From: an uncultured delta proteobacterium
GTDB lineage: Bacteria > Myxococcota > B64-G9
Assembly (NCBI GenBank): GCA_963754925.1
Contig: CAVWHX010000009.1
Coordinates: 1-64,000 of the forward strand
Reading direction: 5' to 3'
Length of the DNA: 64,000 nucleotides
Made by a program: the position numbers and the translations under genes. This document shows, in pieces, positions 45,501-56,090 of the stretch (positions within the stretch are counted from its first letter, which is position 1; each line of letters starts with the position of its first letter). The notes below the pieces were generated by a model. It did not search any database. It saw only the letters and a program-made list of their open reading frames with translations, and had not been told where the DNA came from.

Positions 45501-48500
45501 CCACCCCTTACCCTATCTCCGTGGTCAGTCAATTGCCGGTTGAGTCGGATCAAACCTCTTCCCTGACCCCGGATCATACCTTTTACCTGACCCCAACGTT
45601 TTTCACCCAGGGTGGTTTTTCAGGGTACTCTATTACAGGCGAGCGCGGGCTAACCCTGAATTCAGGAACGAATATTGCACCGGTAGAAGAAAAACTGTTG
45701 CCTTCCCAAAACATGTCCTCGATTACAACCGGAGCGCGCTTGGACGATATTTTAGAAAAACAGGTGCTTCCGGAAGAGCTGCGGACTCCTATGAGCTTGA
45801 GCTTTTCGACCGTTCCAGTAAACACTTTGCCCTTATCTACAAATCGAGACTATACGAATACGATGAATTTGATAGTCGGAACCGACGCCGATATCTCCAT
45901 GATCCCGGGGTCCACAGTAAGTCTCACTTCTGCTAACAAGTTGTCTGTTGATGGGACTATCCAAGCAGACGGTGGTCTGATCGATCTTGAGACGAAATCT
46001 ATCAATACTACGCTTTATAATATTAATATTAGTAGTTTGGGTATCACTCCCCAGATCCAGATCGGGCCCAACGCTAAGCTGCTTGCCGGAGGATACCAGA
46101 AGCTCACTCCTACCACGGGAAATCTCTATCAGCGCAGCGTGGAACTCGGGGGTGAAATCGATATTATTTCTGGCGCCCCTACTTACGGTGATAGTACCGA
46201 TGATGTGCTGTTAGATCCAGGATCGATCATCGATGTATCAGGCATTCAAGGTGTGGCCGATCTGCGCTCCGCGCCGGACAATTCGCTGAAAAAAGGCGTC
46301 TCTTCCCTACAAGCGATATCGGTGGACGGCGACGCCGGATCGGTATCCATCAGCTCGAATATAGGCGGTTTTTTGGCAAGCACGCTTAAGCTGGCGCCTG
46401 GCGGCGAGAGAGGCCGGGGAGGATCCCTGGATATAACAACCGGCGCCATGGTGGTTCGGCAAGAAATACCGGATAATTTCAATCCATCCCAGGATACAAG
46501 CATATTTACGGTTAGCGCGGACCGCATCAATGCTTCCGGGGCCGATAATGTTCTGCTGAGCACCGCAACGAACCCAACATTGGGCGCGACAGCCGTCCCT
46601 CTATTGTTTGATGGGGACGTCACCCTACAAAGCCGCGAGTCGCTGGTACTGCGCACGGGGATTCTCGGCACCGTACCCGGTCAGAATGCTCAAGGAACAT
46701 CAGGCAATACGGGGTCCAATGTCGTGCTCGAATCAAACTACGTACGCCTCGAGGGTGTAGCCGCTTCCTCTTACACAACAACACCAACCATTTTGTACGA
46801 CAATCTTTACAGCACATTGACGGTGAATGCCGATCTTATCGATCTGGCAAAAACCATCTGGTTGGCATGCCCCGGTGTAGCAGCGTGTCCTAATGGTCCT
46901 TTTGGAGGCTTCGGAACGACCCTACTCACATCTAAGGGCGACATTCGCCTATCAGACCACGGCACCCTGAGTGATCCTTCGATCGGCCCAGGGCTGTTCA
47001 CGCCCGGATCGTTGGAGCTCGACTCCGCTCAAGTGTATGTAACCTCCCGTTTACAGCAAGGCCAAGGCAATGGGAACGCTTTAGAGCGCGCGCCGGACGA
47101 TCCAGGATATTTGTTGCTTTCAGCTGGCTCGCCGAATGATACGATCACTATTAACTCAAACGGAAACCCGGCCCCTTTGCCGCTTTCTTTCGGCGAGCGG
47201 CTTACGATAAGTGCTCCGACCATAATACAGAACGGCGTGCTACGGGCGCCACAAGGCCAAATCCAACTCGAAGGTTCGGGGTCTTCGGGGTCCGTCGTGC
47301 TAATGCACGGCAGTCTGACCTCCACTTCGTTGGAGGGGCAAACGGTTCCCTTCGGCCCGGTCGAGGAAGGCGGCGTGTTCCCGGGTTACGACCAGCCCGG
47401 CGAGGTGCCCACCAAGTCAGTGACGATCAATGCGCCGACTGTGCATGTGCAACAAGGCGCAACCGTGGATGTCTCCGGAGGCGGCGATCTGCTCGGCTGG
47501 ACCTTCGTGGCCGGAAACGGCGGTTCGAAGGATATCCTGAGCAATACAGGCGCCTTTGCGATATTGCCGAGCCTGGGCAATGGGCCTGCTCCTATTGGCG
47601 GCAATACAGAGCTGCAATCATCCGGCTGGCAGGTGGGCGAGGTAGTCTGGTTACAGAACGTGAAGGGCCTAGCTGACGGTTATTACACGCTTTTGCCCGC
47701 TCACTACGCGCTGTTGCCCGGCGGAATGCTCGTCCAACCTCTCAACGGGTCTTACGCGACCGCGCCTGCGAGTGTCACCAACCCTGACGGATCGATCATC
47801 GCCGGCGGGTTCTTGGCTGCGGACTCGAGCGTCAACCACAACGTCGGCTATTCCCTCTTTCAAATCATGGACGGCCAAACATTCGGCAAGTATAGCGATC
47901 TTGTCACGTACTCGTTCAACAATTCGGCTACAACTCTGGCCGCCGCCGCCGGACTGCAGGTTCGTACTCCCAACGACGCCGGCACGCTGGCCATTACAAC
48001 CACCAACAGCCTGAGCCTCAATGGCACGGGAAAATTCGACGCGCCGGCGGGCGGCTTGCTGGGCGACCTGGACATCTCGGCGCCAAAGATTGCGGTGATC
48101 GGCGACGGCGTGACCAACCCCGCTGACCAGAGTTATGTGGTGCTGGAAACCGATCAGCTTGATAACTTCGGATCCGGAAGCGTCCTTTTAGGAGGCGTTC
48201 GATCTGCTGCTACCAGCAGTACTGGAACCAATATCAAGGTGGGCGCAAGCGACATAGTAGTGGACACGGGCGCAGGCTCCGTCTGGACCGCGCCGGAGAT
48301 TATACTTGCCGCTAATAACTCGATAACGGTTTCCGACGGCGCAAAAATCCAAGCCGCCGGGGCCGTATCCTTGGACACTAATCCTTTGCTGCTCGACGGC
48401 AATGGGGCGCTTTTGCGCCTGTCCACGGGCCAACGGGTGGGGATCGTGCGAACAAATCCCGACGGATCCGTCGGTACGCTAACGATAAACGATGCAAGCT

Positions 48501-51500
48501 TATCTGCCGCGGGCTCGCTGAACTTAGACGGCAGCAACAGCATCAATCTTTCTCAACATTCCAGTTTGTCCGCTCCTCAGGTCGATCTCTCCTCGGTGCA
48601 AGTCAATCTCGGGGATGCTCCCGCCGGAACGCCGGGCGCCACGCTTGGCGCCCAAATCCTGGGTATGTTGTCGTCATCGGAAGACTTGCTGATTCGCGCA
48701 TCCAACTCCATCAACATCTTCGGCAATTTCACACTGGGCGGCCGGGATGCCTCCGGCAACGCCACCTTGCAAAAACTCACCCTGGATACCGGTTTGCTTC
48801 AGGGAGACGCCGGCGCCGATGCAACCATAGTCGCTTCCAATCTTACGCTTCAAAACAGCGGGCCCCCCGCTCAAACCACAACCATTTCGGGCTCCGGCAG
48901 TCTTACCTTGGATCTGGGGGGTACAACACTTAATCCGGGTACACTCTATCTTGGACCCGGCCAGGTTCAGATAAACGGCTTCAAGACGCTTATCGCAAGC
49001 GCAAACACCGTCATGATTGCAGGCGCCGGCGCGCTCGATATCACGGGTGGCGGGCTTACGCTTGCCACGGATTTGATCCATTCCGTCTCGGGCGTGGGTT
49101 ACGATCTTGGAATCGACGGCAGCGCCGACATTCATACGTATTTAGGGGATCACCCGGATTCAACAAATAGCGGGCTGGGCAGCCGACTGACCATAACCGC
49201 CTCGGATCTTTCAATCGATACCTCGATTGTTTTGCCGGCAGGCAGTTTCGAGGCCACGGCCCAAACGGGCGGGCTGAGCTTGGGCTCGCATGCGAACGTG
49301 GATGTGAGCGGCCAGGCGCTGGATTTCAATGGACAGCTTCAATTCGCGCCGGGAGGGATTGTTCAGTTGCAGTCTTCGGGCGACTTCGTCATGGATCCTA
49401 TGGCCCGCATCAACCTATCCGGCGCTGCTCTTGGAGGAGATGCGGGGAGCATCGAGATCACGGCAGTCGGCAACGCATCCATCCAAGGTGAACTGCTCGG
49501 TATGGCAACCTCTGGTTTCTTAGGCGGATCTTTTACGCTCGATACGGCCGAGCTCGGACTCGCGCAATCTCCACAAACTTTTTCTCAACTCAACGCCCAG
49601 TTGGAAAGCGGGGGCTTTACCAACGTACGAGATATCAGATTGCGGATCCAGGATATCACGCTCGGGGCCGGCGAGACTATCACAGCGCACCAGGTGACGT
49701 TGCAGTCCGACTCCGGGAACATCGACATAGCAGGCACAATCGACGCCTCGGGAAAAGAAGAACTCAAAGATGGTGGGACAATCCAGCTCATAGCCGGAAA
49801 CAGCGTGACCATAGAAAACGGCGCTACGCTGAAAGCGCCAGCGGCCCAAACCAGTGATGGGGATTTTGATCCTGAAAGCGGCAAACTCATACTAGCGGCC
49901 GACAGCGGAAGTGTTAACGTCGCAACCGGCGCAACGATCGATCTTTCCGGCGGCAGGCAGGGAGGCGGCCAGGTGGTCATAAGGGCCCCGCGTAGTGGCA
50001 ACAACGATATAGCCATCACTAGTCTCGGAGCTACTTTTACCGGAGTTCGCGAGATTTTGGTGCAGGGCACAGAAGACTACAACACCAGTACCGTGGATAA
50101 TACAAATAACTTTATCGACAATCTACTGAGTGATGGGTCAACTTGGCTGGCAAACATCTCCAATGCTATACCGCTCAGATTTCAAACGTTGCCCAATTTG
50201 TCTTTCGGCGCCGGCGCCATTATTAAAAGCGACGGTGACCTCACGATTGCGGATACTATTTCGTTAAACGGCTCGTGGGGCCCCGGATATTTGGGCTTTT
50301 TTGCTAAGGGCAATATCAATGTAAACGCCTCAATAAGCGATGGGTTTACTAGCGCCGATCCTAATGCGGCGCTTCTTTCCAACCGTTCGGTCAGCCTGGC
50401 CTTCGAAAGCGAAGGCAATCTCAACGATCCTAAATATATTGGAATGACACTAGCACCCAATACCTTGATCCGCACCGGTACCGGCGACATTAGGATAAAT
50501 GTGGGTCGCGACTTGGTGCTTGAAGATCCTACCTCGGTAATTTATGTCGCGGGTGTCCACACCGATCCCGCTAATGGTTTTAATGGCGCGCCATCAGGTA
50601 TGCCCCTCGGAGAATTTCCGACCCAGGGGGGCGATATCGACATCCACGTCGGGCGGGATATTTCGCTTCCTTTCCCCACTCAGACCACTTCCGCGTGGTT
50701 ATTCAGATACGGCGATACCAACTGGAACGGCGATACCACTTCCTCGACCGTAGCAGAACAGACCAGTTGGTCGATAATGTTCAATAACTTCGAGCAAGGC
50801 ATCGGCTCGTTCGGAGGCGGAAACGTAACTATAGACGCGGGCCGCGACATTTCGAACTTACAGGTGTCGATTCCCACCACCGGGTACCTTAAAACCGCCG
50901 TGGACTCTATCCCTAATGAAAATGACTTGATGGAACAAGGCGGCGGAGACCTCAACGTTTTTGCGGGCAATGACATCCTGGGCGGGCTTTTTATGCTGGG
51001 ACGCGGACAGGCAAACCTGCGCGCCGGAGGAAGTTTTATGCCAAGCTCAACAAGTATCGGGCTGAGAGCAAGCTACTCATCCAGTACCATATCCACCTAC
51101 GGAGAAATAGGCGCACTGTTCGGGTTGATGGATGCAACGGTCGACCTCACCGCCGGCTCCGATATAACCATAGAAGGCGTTTACGATCCCATGAGCCAGG
51201 GTCAGATTAGTGAAAACCTAATAAGTGGCGTGACCGGATCGGCCTTCCTGGGTCACAGTGAACGGTCGTCATTCGGGGCCACATCGATTGGAGGTTCGGT
51301 CACCTACGAAAACGATCCCTGGGCCTCTGTTGACCTGACTCAAGCCCCGGGCGTCAATGCAGCATACGTGGTGAAGATGGATGGACCCGGCGATCCGTAT
51401 CTCAATATACTGTTTTCCCGCATGACCCCGTCGTTTCGGTTGACGTCGCTTGAGTCGAGCATAAGCGTGGAAGACCGTTTCAACGCCTTATCCTCCTTAT

Positions 51501-53227
51501 CATTAGAATCATCTCCCACCGGCGCACTCGATCTCATGGCAAAAGAAGACGTATTCCTGGCGTTGACCGGCATCACCATGATTGACTTGGCGCCGGAATA
51601 TCAAAGAAGTAATTTGTTTGCATTCGCCACTAACAACGTCACACCTATCAACCAAACGGTGCAAGGTGACATAATTCCCGCAATTACTGAGCCGTCATTG
51701 TCCAACCGCATCGATCCTCTCAGTCGGCCCAGCTTGGAACCGGCCCGCATTTATGCCCTAGATGGTTCTGTGTGCGCATACCGTTCAGGTCAATGCATTC
51801 CAGGTCTAGGGCAGGCGGGCTTGCCGACACACATCACTTTGCCGATGTCGATCGATATTTATGCCGGCCTGGATGTCAGGTCCGGCTGGTACACGGTGCA
51901 AAACAACCACCCGATCGATTATTCATCCATCCAGGCGGGCCGGGATATTTACGAAACCTATTTCTATGTGGGTGGCGTGGGTGATGCCGTGATGCAAGCC
52001 GGTAGAGACATCATCCTGTATGACGAAAGTACTTTGCTAGTACATCCTGAGATCAAAGCCACGGGAGACCTAAATTACCAGCAACAACCTTTTAATAATG
52101 CCCTTTCGCCTTCCCAGGCGGCGGACATCACCTTGATAGCCGGGATGCAAGCGGGCGCAGATTACAAGGCTTTTGAAAACGCCTACCTCGATCCGGATAA
52201 CAAGCAGGGGGTGGCGCACATCTACCTGCCGGAGCTTAATGACTATATGCAAAAGCTCGGCTACGGGCCCATGTCGGGTACAGAGCTTTTAGCCGCCTTC
52301 AACCAACTGCCCTTGGTGAGGCAAGAAATCTTTTTAGATAGCGTGTACATGACGGAGCTCAAACAATGCGGCATAGACTACAACAACCCCCAAAGCCAAG
52401 ACTACCAGAGCTATGACCGAGGTTTCAAGGCGGTATCTTTACTATTCCCCACGAACCCGGCCGCTCTGAAACCGGGTCAAGGGGGTAACATTATTTTGAA
52501 CGCACAGCCGGTTCAGGCCTTCTCAGAAGGCGATATCACCATGCTTGCGCCCTACGGAAGGATCCAAGTCGGATCGGAAACGGAGAACGGCTCGTCCAAC
52601 TCAGGAGGAGTGGTGACCGACCGGGGCGGCAATGTCAGCATGATGGCGGACCAAAACATCGATCTTTTCACTTCAAGGGTCTTTACTCTCGAGGGCGGCG
52701 ATCTCACCATGTGGACCAGCGACGGCAGCATCACCGCCGGTTCCGGCGCGAGCACTACCGTTTTGTACAAGCCGCTGCAGTTTTTTACAGACAATGACGC
52801 CGTGGTAACCGTTAATGCTTTTGGGCTTTCAACCGGCGCTGGCATAGGAGTGCTGGATGCCCTGGAGGGGTATGATCCGAACCGGCAAAAAAGCCTGCTG
52901 GATCTCATCGCGCCGCGCGGGGAAGTAAACGCCGGGGACGCGGGCATACGGGTTGTCGGCGACATCAACATCGCCGCCCGAACGGTCGTAGGCGTGGAAA
53001 ACATACAGGTCTCCGGCTCATCGGCCGGGATACCCAAAGTCCAAGCGCCGAACATCGGGACGCTGACCAGCGCCTCCCAGGCGACGCAGGCGGCTTCGAA
53101 GGAAGCCATAACCTCCTCGCAATCTGATCAGTCTACTCAGAGCCGGATCGAGCAGCTGCCTTCCATCATCACCGTGGAAGTGGTGGGTTACGAAGCCACC
53201 GACGAAAAAGACAAGAAGAAGAAATAG
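42514..53227 (+). CDS. Giant filamentous-haemagglutinin-like TpsA exoprotein with C-terminal DUF3739-like domain (frameshift ~42750-42800)
   Basis: Signal peptide in 42514..42921 (TALA), then VPNGLTPGGL, TPS domain (AILTWKTFNIG, PSQILG, VYLINRNGIIFG), beta-helix repeats and C-terminal SRVFTLEGGD...LIAPRGEVNAGDAGIR. Confidence 0.88.
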
Positions 53228-53253
53228 ATGGGGAAACGGTTAGAGGAGGAACT

Positions 53254-53793
53254 ATGAGAATTCCATACGTCGTACTCTCCATGGTATTAATTTTGTTGGC
53301 GTGCTCTGCCGCTTCGCATGCCACGACGGTGAAACGCCTCTCAGAAGAAGACCTTATCAATGAAGCCGATCGAATCGTAAAAGTTGTTCTCAAAGAGCCG
53401 GGTAAAAGCGCATGGGATTCGGGACACCAGCGCATTTACACGACATACTCGTTTGAAGTGCGGGAAGATCTTGCCGGGACAGGCGAGAAATATCTCGATT
53501 TGCTTCAACCGGGTGGGGAAGTTGATGGAATCGGCCAGCGAGCCGAGGGGGTTCCAACTTTCAATCTCGGTGATCACGTAGTATTATTCTTACGCAAGAC
53601 CGATGTTGGTTATCAAGTTATCGGTCTTACTCAAGGAGTGTTCGAATCGCGCAACGATGGCGGCGTCGAGAAATTCATTCAGCGTCTTGAGGGACTCCAT
53701 CTGATGGGGGGTAACCAAACACCTCTTCAGATCGACCGCGTCCATCTGGAACAGCAAATCAAAACCGTTTGGACAAAGAAGAAATTACGATGA
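53254..53793 (+). CDS. Secreted hypothetical protein, translationally coupled to the metalloprotease
   Basis: Signal peptide (ASHA), IYT...PGGEVDGIGQ..EG.PTF..G..VVLFL pattern; ATGA overlap with the next gene. Confidence 0.7.
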   Translation: MRIPYVVLSMVLILLACSAASHATTVKRLSEEDLINEADRIVKVVLKEPGKSAWDSGHQRIYTTYSFEVREDLAGTGEKYLDLLQPGGEVDGIGQRAEGVPTFNLGDHVVLFLRKTDVGYQVIGLTQGVFESRNDGGVEKFIQRLEGLHLMGGNQTPLQIDRVHLEQQIKTVWTKKKLR

Positions 53794-54668
53794 ACAAGCT
53801 CACCATGCTTAAGTACAAGACCATCAGTTGGGGATTACCGTTGTTGGTCGTTCTGGCGCTGCCATCGAACGCCTTTGCCTTCAATCGCACCCAAAATGCC
53901 AGCGGAACTATTTGTAATTATTGGACAAGTCGCAGTATATCGTATTGGGTCAACCAGAACTGCAGTCAAGATGTCAGTACGGCGGATTGCTATGCGGCGG
54001 TACAGAATTCAATAAATGCATGGAACGGACATCCTTGCTCGGATTTAGTCTTAACGTTCGATGGCCCAACCTCACGGACCGCTATCGGTCTTGACTGTTT
54101 TAATTTGATTGTTTGGCGGGAATCTAAAGATTCAAACAGTCCCGATGGTTGGAAATACGATAGTAGCATCATCGCGCTTACCACGGTCAGTTACAATACC
54201 GATACGGGCGAGATCTTTGACGCCGATGTTGAGCTGAATGGAGCCGATTATCAATTCTCCACCTCCACACCCTGCGTCGAAGACCCCTCGGGCACAACCA
54301 TGGACATTCAAAATACATTGACTCACGAACTGGGCCATAGCATCGGATTGGCTCACACATCCATATCCTGTGTTCCTGGCAATGAAGCCGTGATGTGTCC
54401 AACCGCGAATCCTTGTGAAATCATAAAACGTACGTTGAGCGCTGATGATATCGCCGGATTATGCGACATTTATCCCGCCGGCGAGAAGACGCCTCTTTGT
54501 AGCGGTCAGTATGAGATTACTACTGCTGCTTCTTGTCCTCATAGTGGCGGTGGCGGTTGTGTAGTAGCTAAAGATAATAATAGCGAAATATCGGGGTTGG
54601 CTTTCCTTGCCCTGCTAGTATTTCTTTCTCGCACCTATTTCCGCAGCGTGAGCCGTGGCAAAGATTAA
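53790..54668 (+). CDS. Matrixin-like zinc metalloprotease with MYXO-CTERM-like sorting signal
   Basis: HELGHSIGLAH metzincin motif, Met-turn AVMCP, IFDADVELN, and C-terminal GGGGC + TM + basic tail. Confidence 0.85.
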   Translation: MNKLTMLKYKTISWGLPLLVVLALPSNAFAFNRTQNASGTICNYWTSRSISYWVNQNCSQDVSTADCYAAVQNSINAWNGHPCSDLVLTFDGPTSRTAIGLDCFNLIVWRESKDSNSPDGWKYDSSIIALTTVSYNTDTGEIFDADVELNGADYQFSTSTPCVEDPSGTTMDIQNTLTHELGHSIGLAHTSISCVPGNEAVMCPTANPCEIIKRTLSADDIAGLCDIYPAGEKTPLCSGQYEITTAASCPHSGGGGCVVAKDNNSEISGLAFLALLVFLSRTYFRSVSRGKD

Positions 54669-54754
54669 ATTATTCGAGGTCTCGTCGTCTTCATGATTAG
54701 TTCGATGCTTGAAGCGGTGAGAAATACAGGCTAGCTCAATAAAGGAATAGCGAG

Positions 54755-54792
54755 TTTGCAACAACGTTGCAAGGGCGTAACTGTTTCGTCAC
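54755..54792 (+). promoter_or_regulatory. Pho-box-like array upstream of the response regulator (possible autoregulation)
   Basis: tttgc/gttgc/gtaac/gtcac at 54755/54766/54777/54788. Confidence 0.45.
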
Positions 54793-54849
54793 AGAAAAGG
54801 CGCTAGGCATTGGTGACTTCCAGTTGGCTAGGTATCGCTGAGGAAAAAG

Positions 54850-55554
54850 ATGGCCAAAACGATTTTTGTCGTGGACGATGAGATAGATTTGGTGAAGATC
54901 TTGGAGTACTCTCTTCGGAAAGATGGGTTTGATGTCCATTCATTCCTCACTGGCCAGGCCTCCCTCGAGCAATTATCCCGGGATCCATTACCCGACTTGG
55001 TGCTGCTCGACCTCATGCTGCCGGACATTAGTGGTACTGAGATATGTCGGCAGATCCGTACTATCCCGCGAACCCGGCATTTACCGGTGATCATGCTCAC
55101 CGCGAAGGGTGAGGAGATCGACCGCGTCGTTGGCTTGGAGCTGGGAGCCGATGACTATGTTGTGAAGCCCTTCAATGTTCGCGAGCTGCTTCTGCGAATG
55201 CGGGCTGTGCTGCGGCGGGTACAGAGGGAGTCTGTTGATGAGCTTCCTTTGGTATTTGATGATCTGCGCATTGATCAACCCGGCCATCGCGTGTGGGTGA
55301 GCGGCAACGAAGTTATCCTGACCCCTATGGAGTTTAAGCTTCTAACCACCTTGCTTGCTCGCTCAGGGCGAGTACAAACACGCGACAAGCTGCTTTCAGA
55401 TGTATGGAACAGCAATGCAGACATAAACGCCCGCACCGTCGATACGCATGTTAAAAGACTGCGACAGAAACTCGGACTGGTTGGAGAGTACATCGAGACC
55501 ATCCGCGGGGTGGGCTACCGTTTTCGAAACCGGCCCGACGAAGGTGCGATGTGA
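54850..55554 (+). CDS. phoB: OmpR/PhoB-family response regulator, PhoB/PhoP-like
   Basis: VVDDE, LLDLMLP, TAKGEEIDRVVGLELGADDYVVKPF, winged helix RTVDTHVKRLR..IETIRGVGY; phoU and Pho-box-like sites nearby. Confidence 0.75.
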   Translation: MAKTIFVVDDEIDLVKILEYSLRKDGFDVHSFLTGQASLEQLSRDPLPDLVLLDLMLPDISGTEICRQIRTIPRTRHLPVIMLTAKGEEIDRVVGLELGADDYVVKPFNVRELLLRMRAVLRRVQRESVDELPLVFDDLRIDQPGHRVWVSGNEVILTPMEFKLLTTLLARSGRVQTRDKLLSDVWNSNADINARTVDTHVKRLRQKLGLVGEYIETIRGVGYRFRNRPDEGAM

Positions 55555-55690
55555 GCCTCGGCGTCCGGGGAAAACTTTTTGCCTCCACGGAATAGGTGGT
55601 TTATTCTTCCTGTCCATCGATGTTTCTCTTCGCCACCCGGCAGATCCCATAGCCAGCCGACTTGCGCTGCGAGCCAGCGCTGCAGCGGGT
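55551..55690 (+). pseudogene. Possible 5' remnant of the cognate sensor kinase (phoR-like)
   Basis: GTGA overlap with the regulator stop gives VSLGVRGKLFAS, like a membrane-kinase N-terminus. It stops after 14 codons and a hydrophobic stretch follows in another frame. Confidence 0.4.
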
Positions 55691-55731
55691 AAGTTGACAA
55701 TTGTACTAAACACAAATAAAGGAGGGATTCA

Positions 55732-56007
55732 ATGAACAAGATGGATGTTCTAATGGTGAGTATCCCCCCGAGATGATTCAAAACTGGGGGTGGCTCCTGG
55801 CACTCGGCATCGGATTGGTGCTGTTGGGGATCGCCGCCGTCATTCGGTCCACGAAAGCCACGGTAATCTCGATGTGGTTTTTCGGATGGCTGCTATTGAT
55901 TGCAGCCGGTCTCGGGCCTGTGGGCGATCGGCCTTTTTATTGGAATCGATCTGGTGTTTTACGGATGGGCCTGGGTCGCGCTGGCACTTGACCTGCACAA
56001 TATGTGA
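55732..56007 (+). pseudogene. HdeD/DUF308 membrane protein with internal deletion and frameshifts
   Basis: N-terminal NWGWLLALGIGLVLLG...FFGWLLLIAAG joined near 55910 to C-terminal SGLWAIGLFIGIDLVFYGWAWVALAL in another frame. Confidence 0.7.
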
Positions 56008-56090
56008 GCTGGTGGGCAAGGCCGGGGAAGCGCGCTATTTGACGCGTTCATGAGCTAACTTTTATTCATCCTCTAGGTTTTGTAAAGCAC

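Noticed and set aside
42514..53793. CdiBAI contact-dependent inhibition system
   Set aside because: No recognisable pre-toxin motif or toxin tip. The downstream gene has a signal peptide and is coupled to a protease, unlike an immunity gene.
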